Source: Octopus sinensis (Eukaryota). From it: a DNA stretch of 64,000 bases. Made by a program: the position numbers and the translations under genes. Position 1 is the first letter of the stretch. Each line of letters opens with the position of its first letter. The DNA is taken from the NCBI RefSeq assembly GCF_006345805.1, contig NC_043005.1:28892001-28956000 (forward strand). The letters are read 5' to 3'. Positions 24,401 to 34,605 of this stretch are shown here, piece by piece. The notes beneath the pieces were generated by a model. The model worked only from the letters and a program-made list of their open reading frames with translations. It was not told the origin of the DNA and searched no databases.

Positions 24401-27400
24401 ATTTTTTAGTCAAGAGGGAGGAAGATATCCTCAAACCAGAAACTGCTAAAGGCACCCAAGGTGCCGGGTTGTAGTGTTAAACCTGGCAACAACTCAACAA
24501 TAGCACCATGGCAAGATTTGAACTCAGAATGCAAAGAGATGAAAAAGAATACTACAAAGCAACTGGTTCAATGTTCTCATAGTTCTGCCAGTCTTGAATT
24601 GGTAACTTTTTTTTATCAACCCTAAAAGAATGAAAAGCATAGTTAAATTTGAACAAATACCACAAAGTATTCTGTCCAACACTCAAATAAACTACAATAT
24701 AAACATTATCATCAACATTATTATTCTTCATCAACTTTACATGCTGGCACTGGTTGGATGGGCTGTCATGGCTCAAGTTAGTTCTTATTTCCTAAACAGG
24801 TCAGATGACCATGTGTCAATCATACACTTCAATTTTGATATGGTTTGCACTGTCCAAAGAGATGGTGGTCAGAAGGGGCAAGCAGACTTCAGTACTTGGT
24901 GTGAATTGCTGGTTTCAGTTTATTGGCCAACATTTCACTGTAGCCTATGTAGATCCCTTTTCTAGGTAATATTCTGGTATAGGCCCTTTTGCATCCACCA
25001 AAAATGGTTTGTATTTTTCTACAGAAAGTTGAATCTTGAATTTCTTTGTTACTGGTGATTCTGTGTGTCTGTGCCAGTGCCACGTAAAGAGCACTTGTGC
25101 AGGTCTCACATAAAAGTAGCCCCTATGTTGTTCTACCTGCTCAATATACCAACTAAACAGCTTACTTCTACTGTAACCTGTTATCTGAACAAGTGAAAGA
25201 TCACAGTGAAGAATGTAGTCCTAAATATGAAGATAAGAGAATGATACAGTCATGTCTAGAAATGTCTTTGAACAAAAATCTACTGTTAGAGTTAACCTGG
25301 ATCTATAAGAAAAACAATAAAATGAATTAACACAATGAAAATATAGAATCTTTTCAACTCTAGGCACAAGGCCTGAAATTTTGGGGGAAGGGACCAGTTG
25401 ATTACATCAACCCCAGTTGACCCTAAAAGGATGAAAAGCAAAGCCAACCTCGGCAGAATTTGAACTCAGAACGTTGTGGCAGATGAAATACCGCTAAGCA
25501 TTTCACCCGGCGTGCTAACAATTCTGCCAGCATGCTGCTTTAATGAAAATATAGAATGAGAAAAGGTAGTTACTTGCAGCGCAGAGTTGTCTGTCTGGCT
25601 TCAGGTGAGATCAATGCATTTGCAACTATGTAAAATCCAACACCTGCGTCCATAACACTGGTTCCATAGGTCTCAGTTTTGGCAAAACGCCTGGGGAATA
25701 TTGGAAAGTCAACTGCAAGGATGCAAATACCTGTGACAATGTTGATAATGGCACGAAAATATGTAACAAACTTGAGATGTCTGCCATTGATGTATGTTAA
25801 AATAGGCCTTTGTAATTCTCTTGGGTTGGATAAATTAGTCCACAGTTCCTGAGTTTGTGATGTAAATGTTGATAGTTGAAGAATAACAGCAAAGATTAGC
25901 AGCAGTAACACTAATAAGATGTGGTCACTGAATATTGTAATGGCGAGCACCGTAAAAACAATCAAAATGATAAATTCAAAAACTGGTTTGAACCTGAAAT
26001 AGATAAAGTAAAATGTTTAACCATTTTGTTACCATATTTCTGTTGAGATGCTCTGTGTTTCTTTCAATTAATTTTAAATATAACAAAGAATTTAGTAAAA
26101 TAACTTCAATGTCATTAAGCTAGTGTTAGGAACATAAATTGTGACTAAAGTTTCGTGGAAACTTATGAAAACAAGGCATTTGTAATACAGAGCCAAAGCT
26201 GGTTTCAGCTGGGTTGGTATCGAAAGGGTTAAACACAACCAAAGTGAGAAGTGTGTTGAATTTAGAGGTTTAGGTTGTGTTAATAACAAGAGCTGATAAA
26301 TATAAATAAACAATGTTTATAAAGTTACAGAGCTGTACTAAATATTAATATAATGACAAGATATTCTGTAGGTAAACTTACAGGTAAGTTGATGTTTAAG
26401 TTAGTTTAATAGTAGCAGTGTCAGGATTAAATTGATGTCAAAGTATAAATAAAAACACTCCTTTAGTATGCTGACCACTTATAACATAAAGAATACACCA
26501 GCAAGTGTAGCACTTTGGCCAGGTTTACCTTGACTACCATCACCAAAACCTACAGGATATACAATAAAAAATTCAACATTGAGGATACAGAATGCCCAAA
26601 CTTCCAAACAGCATTCTATATAAGCCAGATCATGTACGTGACAGTTGCTGTGTGGTTGTTTGACTTGCTAAAAATAGTAGTGAAATCTCTTTCCAAAGAC
26701 ACCCTATCATCTTAGAAAATAAGAATAAGTTCTTGACATACAAACTAATCAAATTTGGAATGTCTTTGACCCAACTTCTGTTCACTCAAGACAGTCCTTG
26801 GGTTAAATAATAACAACAAGAAGATCATGTTAGAGTGCACAGTATTGTCTCATACTAAGTGGAGGTACAATATATCAGTGAATCCCAAATGTTTGACTAA
26901 CTACTGATGCACAGCAATGGCTTAAACAGAGACACTAGGCTCACTTACTCAAGATATTATGTGAAAGTTTCCATTGAAATCTCAGTATAGATGAGGTTAC
27001 TTCACAACTGTCCATCATTTTGTTCATAAAACATGGTCACAAAAGGGTTAAATGAAAAACTGGATTTGGTTATAGAGACCTTCTCCTAGTATATTACTGG
27101 TTTATACTTATGGTAATTCTAGAAGATTAATGGTTCCAGTCAGTTACTCTGTCAAACTGTAATATTGGCTAATTAAGAGATTTGACCCATCTCACTTACC
27201 CAATCTTCTTCATATTTAAGCATTAAACAGTACCTTTTACTGTCTGTTTATTCAATGAACCCTAACTGATTTAAAGGGAGCTTGAGGAATAGATGAAGAG
27301 TGTTTACCAACCAGGAATGTAGCACTTCTAATGTAAATGGTTTCATTTTTTGACACAAAGCCAACAATTTTGAGGTGAGGAGGAAGTTGATTACATCAAC

Positions 27401-28116
27401 CCCAACACTCAACTAGTACTTACTTTGTAACCCTAAAAGATGAAAGGCAAACTATACCTAGGCAGCATTTGAAACCAGAATGTAAAAAGCAGGAAGAAAT
27501 TCTGGTAAGCATTTTGTCTGGTGCATTAACGGTTTAGCTAGCTCACTACCTTTCATCATGATAGTGGAGAGTGGGATTGAACTTGGAACCAGGAAGTTAC
27601 AAATTGAACTTCAAAACATGTATTCAAGCGAATACCCTCCATTAGGCATCTATCATACTCTGAAGCCTTGCTTCCCTGGGCATAGACACATTGAAGCTCT
27701 GACATTTGGCAACTGACTTGGTAAACACCCACAAAATTATTAACCATAGTTCCAACAACCACCTTGAGCACATTTTTGAGCTCCATGTGTCTAACACACA
27801 TGGGGATGCCCACAAAATCAGAAAACAGCACAGCTCCCATGACTTTTGGAAACCTCTTTTCACACTCAGAGCTGCTGAAGCATGGAACAAACTACCTGCA
27901 TCAGTTGTTAGTTGCTGAGACACTGCATCTTTTAAAACCTCCATGCTTCCTGAAATTTGCCAACACTACACCTGATACCCCCACCTCCATATGCATGCAC
28001 ACTTGTATATCATGACTCATACACTGTTCCCTTTCCTGACCTTTGTACATAATTCTATGTACTGAACATGCACCTTTGATGAATTGTAATGCACCTGAGC
28101 ACTAGACATGATTATT

Positions 28117-28150
<34 letters not shown>

Positions 28151-31100
28151 AACTTCACAGCCATTATTACATAAGCCTTCTGAATCTAAACAACACTGTT
28201 ATCTAAAGTGTTTAAGATAATTAAATAAGTACACAATACTAAGTAAGCTAGTAAATTCAGAATGTTAAAACATGTCAAAATAGAGTATCATAGTTTACCA
28301 ATGTTATCTAAACAAAACTTGATGCAATTGTCAATGCTGTCAAACTGGTGGTCACCTTAAATAGGCCTGAATACATGCAAGAATGCAGTTCCACAACAAT
28401 ATGAACCAAACAGTGTTATCAGAAATGAAAGAAGTTAAGCTCAATGTCAAAAAGTTTGGATATTCTTTACTTTTATTGGTTTCAGTAACTGCTGCCAGAC
28501 TCGGAAATGGCCTTGAAGGGTTTGGTTGACCCCAGTACTTATTTTTCAGTCTGTTGGACTCTTTAGTAAAACTGCTAAGTTCTAGGAACGTAAACAAACC
28601 AACACCGGTTGTCAAGTAGAGGATGTACAAACACAAGGGCATGCACACACACACACATATAAACAATAGACTTCCGCATAGCTTTCATCTATCAAATTGC
28701 CACAAAGCATTGGTCAGCTTGAGGCTATAGCCAAAGACACTTGCTCAAGGTGCTGCACAGTGGGACTGAACCAGAAACCATGTGATTGCAAAATGAACTT
28801 CTTAACCATACAGTCATGCTTGCACTTAGATGTTCTCACATCAATAACAAAGAACTATAAATATAACATTAGTCCAACTATAAAAGATAAATTATGTCAG
28901 TCTCTACAGCTTTGTGACTTACAAATTTCTTTTGTGATTTTGCAGTTGCCGTAGAGTAGCATTGCACCATTCATTAAGTTTCAGTGAGAAACAGCAGGAT
29001 TTGGTTGCATTGGTAGTTTGGGAGACGTTGGGGACTGAGCAGCAGCAGTAGTTGAGGAAATTGATGATGTTGACATGGAAGAAAAATTACTATAGGGGTT
29101 CACACAAAAGAAGCAGCTCTACAGGAGATGGAGAAGTTGTTAATGTCAGTCTGTTGTTATTCTGATTACGATTAGTAGATGTCCGTGGGGAAGAATATTT
29201 AAGAATCATTTGTTTAATTGTTGTTTAATCCATGCTGTATTTCTGCCAATATGAGTCAGATAACATGCATGTGCACATCGGGAGATTTCATTAGTTTGTT
29301 CATGTAATGAATTATGTCCAACCTCGTAAAAAAGGTTTACTGCTACACTTAACTGTTTGCAAAGTAATTTCTCACAGCTGGGGATTAGCATGCACACACC
29401 TGATGCACAGTGATGATTGAAAACAACCTTTTGTTAATACTCTTCAATCTTTCCAACTGATGGACTGCAACCTTTAATGCAGACTTGACTATTTTTATAG
29501 CTTTGAACAATAAGTAGGACTTAAATTTTTTATGATACCGAGTTGGTTTATTTAATCAGTCCTTAAATTGAATGCATTCTGGTGCCTTCTCTGATTCCAC
29601 AGTCATTAGAATACCAAATCTAGACAACATGGGAAACAGATATTTCCTTCAGTTTCTGCTGAAACATTAAAAGTGCATGTACACATGCATGTCTGTCTGT
29701 AAATATAGTTGAAATTTACAAAAAAGCAAAAGACAAAGACAAGTGTATGAACAACAAGCAGGTGTATTAGCTTGACGCTTGGGAAAGTGAGAAAATATTT
29801 TACATTTTGAGCCTACGCTCTTCAACAGAAAGGAATAAGAGAAAATAGAGAACCCATGCCAGCATGGAAAGTGGATGTTAAATAATGATCAATAATAGAA
29901 AGGAGCTACAGGAAGCTAGCTGATTGCTATAGCAACACCCTTCTGTGCATGCCCACTCTACACATGCACATCAGCAACATTCGTCAATTTCTTTAAAATG
30001 GGGACATAACCCCGAATTATTGAATACAAAGTAAGTCTGTATTAATTCACATATTTGTCTTGTGATTTACCTTGCATTTACTTCGCATTGTTTTGGCCTT
30101 ACCCACAATCTTCTATACAGTATATTCTACACAATGCTTCACAGTAATTATTCCATTACACACACACACACATATATATATAACTGTTTTAAGAAAAAAA
30201 GTTTAATCAGAAATTCTCTCAGAAAATTAAGGTTTGCACTTAGAGGGACCTGAGACATATACACACATGCATGTGTGTGTGAGTTTGTGTGTATGTAAGT
30301 ATCTTGTTGGCTGGAGATAAGGTAAGGCAATTGCTGTCTTGATAATGCCTATTGAGGCAGAAACATGTGTTTAGGACTATCTTCTTTTCTGCAGATAAGC
30401 AAACAGCCTTTTCTTTAACAGCATGTCAATTTTAGAGAATACTTCTTTTTTGAGATTATCTCCCCTTCTCATTTGGAGTTGGTCTCAATTACCACCAAGC
30501 AATTGTTCTAGCATATCAGGAACTGGAGATATTTTAATAAATCAAGAATACATTATGTGTGTTATTTAAAATACCCTTATTTGTCTTCGTTATTCAAACA
30601 TTATGCTACTAACCTCTTCAAGTTGTATTTTATTTAGCTCATTTTCAATTCATTTAAGTGAATCACATATATATATATATACATACATATTATGCAAACT
30701 ATAAATTATGCAAATTATATATTTTTTATCTTTTACTTGTTTCAGTCATTAGAATGCAGCCATGTTGGGGTACTGCTTTGAGGAATTTTAGTCAAACAAA
30801 TGAACACCCAGTCCTAACTTTGTAAGCCTGGTACGTATTCTATCAACATCTTTTGCCAAACTGCTAAGTTACAGGGATGGAAACACATCAGTACCAACTG
30901 TCAGGTGGTGGTGGTGGTGAAGGCAGACAAACACACACACACACGATGTACTTCTTTAAGCTTCCATCCACCAAATCCATTTACAACGCTTTGGTTGGCC
31001 CAAGGCTATAGTAGTATATATTTACCCAAGGTGTCATGCAACAATTTATACATACAATATATATACATACAATATATATATATATGTGCCGGTGGCACAT

Positions 31101-34100
31101 AAAATACACCAATCTGACCGTGGCCGTTGCCAGCCCCGCCTGGCACCCGTGCAGGTGGCACGTAAAAAGCACCCACTACACTCACGGAGTGGTTGGCGTT
31201 AGGAAGGGCATCCAGCTGTAGAAACATTGCCAAATTAGACTGGAGCCTGGTGCAGCCTTCTGGCTTCCCAGAACCCCGGTCGAACCGTCCAACCCATGCT
31301 AGCATGGAGAACGGACGTTAAACGATGACGATGATGATGATGATGATATATATATGTATATATATATATATATATAATATATATATATATATTCCTGAGA
31401 TCAAATGCACACACACACACAAAACAAAATAGACAACATGATAGGTTTTGATAATTGGGATCATCTCAACAATCTCAAACTTTATTCGCTCTAAGGCTGC
31501 CATGAGCACTACATCATTCGTATGACATAGAAAATATTCCAACAACATTGCCCAAATAATACTCTTTTACTTGTTTCAGTCATTTGACTGTGGCCATGCT
31601 GGAGTACCGCCTTTAGTCGAGCAAATCAATCCCAGGACTTATTCTTTGTAAGCCTAGTACTTATTCTATCGGTCTCTTTTTGCCAAACCGCTAAGTTGCG
31701 GGGGACATAAACACACCAGTATCGGTTGTCAAGTGATGTTGTGGGGACAAACACAGACACACAAACATACACACTCACACATACATATATATATACACAT
31801 ATATACGACAAGCTTCTTTTAGTTTCCGTCTACCAAATCCACTCACAAGGCTTTGGTCGGCTTGAGGCTATAGTAGAAGACACTTGTCCAAGGTGCCATG
31901 CAGTGGGACTGAACCCGGAACCATGTGGTTCGTAAGCAAGCTACTTACCACACAGCCACACCTATGCCTATGATGCTGACATCAACTTTAAAGTTCACCC
32001 AAGATTCTCTCCCCATACCACCCATCCTCTATATAAATCCTGCTTACATCTCACTAGGACAGAACAATAATGCTTAAATCAAAAGGGCTATGGTACTCAA
32101 AGAATGATTGTAATATGAAACATTATTCAATGTCTTTGCCAGATGGTGCTATTAAATTAGTAATGGCCTCTGTGAAGTTGTTTTGCATTTATAATAAAAA
32201 AATATATATACAAATTATAAAAATAATTTTAAAAAATATACAGTACAATACTGTTTCTACTTTGAGGATTTTCATCTATCACAGCGGGGTTTTAGAATGT
32301 AACACCCGCGATAGTCAGTGGCTTACTGTGTATGTGTGTGTGCATGTGTGAGTACATACACAAACACACTCATATGTACACGCATATGTATTTATATACA
32401 GAGTATATATATATATATATATCTTGTACATATTAATTCACATATTTGTTTTCTTGTGATTTACCTTGCATTGTTTTGGCCTTATCCACGATCTTTTATA
32501 CAATATATTCTACACAAAGCTTCATAGTAATTATTCCATAGATTATATATATATATATATATTATTTAATAACACATTAACCCTTTCGTTACTGTATTTA
32601 TTTTGAGATGTTCTATGTTTCTTTCAATTATTTTAAATATAACAAAGAATTTAGTAAAATAACTTAGTTACCATTCAGCTTGTATTAGGAACATAAATTG
32701 TGACTAAGGTTTGGTGGAAGATTTTAATTGAAAACTTATGCAAATAAGACATTTGTACAACAGAGCCAGAGCCGGTTTCAGCCGGGTTGGTAACAAAAGG
32801 GTTAATTCAGCTTCATGCAACTTAAAGTTTTGTTGGCCCACAAAATGAACCTAGCTCTTTAGGCTTAAATAACCAAATGGAGAAAGTTCAAGATGGCTAC
32901 AGGGACTGCTATTGGTCAAGGCAAGTCACATGGAGTTGTTGATGTCCGTATTCATACAGTAGTGACATCATATGTTGAGGTGCTATGTGAACGCACCCAT
33001 GCCAGTGCTGCTTAAAAGCACCTAGTACACTCTGTAACGTTGTTGGTGTTAGGAAGGGGATCCAGTTGTAGAAACCATGCCAAAACCAACATGGAACCTT
33101 GGCAGCTCTTTAACTGGCCATCTCCTGTCAAACTATCCAACACATACTTGCATGGAAAATGGACATTTAATGATGATGATGATAACATATGTGTGTGGGT
33201 GCACATATATATATATATATGAATAAATAGGAACAGACACACACACACACAGCATCTTATAGCTTCCTCAGAGCCATTAATGACTCTGACACCCTATCAT
33301 TCAATTAATAAATATTACACACACTCATATAGCAATACATTTTGAAAATAAACCTAAACATTTTATCTCCTAGTTGTCTCCCATGCCCCAGATCTCAATC
33401 CCCACCACCACCCCTCTCTCTCTTTCTCTCATTTTCAATTGTGCCACACATCAGCCAAATTTTCATCAGTCCTTCAAACACTTGTATCCCCACTTTTTAT
33501 TGCTCCTTCCACCTCCCTTATTCCTCTTTATTTTTGCAGCACAATCAATGAACATTTCAGCTTTTCCCAACGAAATCTTCTGACTGATGTGTTATACTTC
33601 TCTTCATCATCATCATCATTTAATGTCCATTGTCCATGCTGGCATGGGTAGGACAGTTTAACCAGGGCTGGCAAGCTGGAAGGCTGCACCAGACTCCAGT
33701 CTGATCTGGCAGAGTTTCTACAGTTGGATGCCCTTCCTAATGCCAACCACTCTGAGAGTGTAATGGGTGCTTTTACGTACCACCAGCATGGGTGCCATTT
33801 GCGTGACAGTATCTGTCATGTTTGCAGTTTTGCTTGGCTTGATGGGTCTTATTAAGCATGACATAATGCCAAAGGTCTCAGTCATTGCCTCTGTGAGGCC
33901 AAACACTCGAAAGGAGCTTAACTACTTTGCCTCTATGAAGCCCAACACTTGAAAGGTGCTTTTTATGTGCCAGCAATGTAAAACCAGATTCAGCTATGAC
34001 TACAATTTCACCTGGCTTGATAGGTCTTCCCAGGTACAGCACATCACCAAAGGTCCTGGTCAGTAGTCATTGCCTCCATGAGGCCTAAAGTTTGATGTTC

Positions 34101-34571
34101 CACTTGGCTAACTTATTATGTCTATAAATTCTATTTCGGAAGGTGTACCCACATGTGCAAACACACATATATACATATTGAAAGCTTGAAAGCAGCCCAT
34201 GGGACATAGCTCCAGACCAATTTGAGTAGAGGCTTATAACAGGCTTTTGTACCACTGCATTGAGGTGAAGCTGTAGTATCCTTTACAGGGAGCAAGCCTG
34301 GGTTAGTATGGGAGAACATCAGTTTCCTATACAATATGTCTCTCCTCTCCACTGATGTTGCTGAAGAGCAAGGGCCAGAACAGTTTAGCAACACATGACA
34401 GGACAATGTTGAAAACAACATTGCATTGCTTTAGATACTACAGCTCCAGATTTACTCCTGAAGTCTTTCACATGAGTGAGAGTCACATGGTAGCAGAAGC
34501 TTCAGTTCAGAGTTTACCCTCTCTTAGATGAACTGTCTTCTTTCTCTCTCTCTTCACTTTTTCACACACAC

Positions 34572-34605
<34 letters not shown>

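Noticed and set aside
26440-26640. Ig-like [10 protein letters not shown] peptide or small minus-strand exon GFGDGSQG
   Set aside because: Both frames are short with stops, lack conserved Cys/Trp, and are not needed for the PIGW model.
28352-28666. Hydrophobic minus-strand ORF as an extra PIGW exon
   Set aside because: Exons 1 and 2 already join in phase (TG|G gives Trp) and match the family alignment. Its 5' half is a family C SINE tail.
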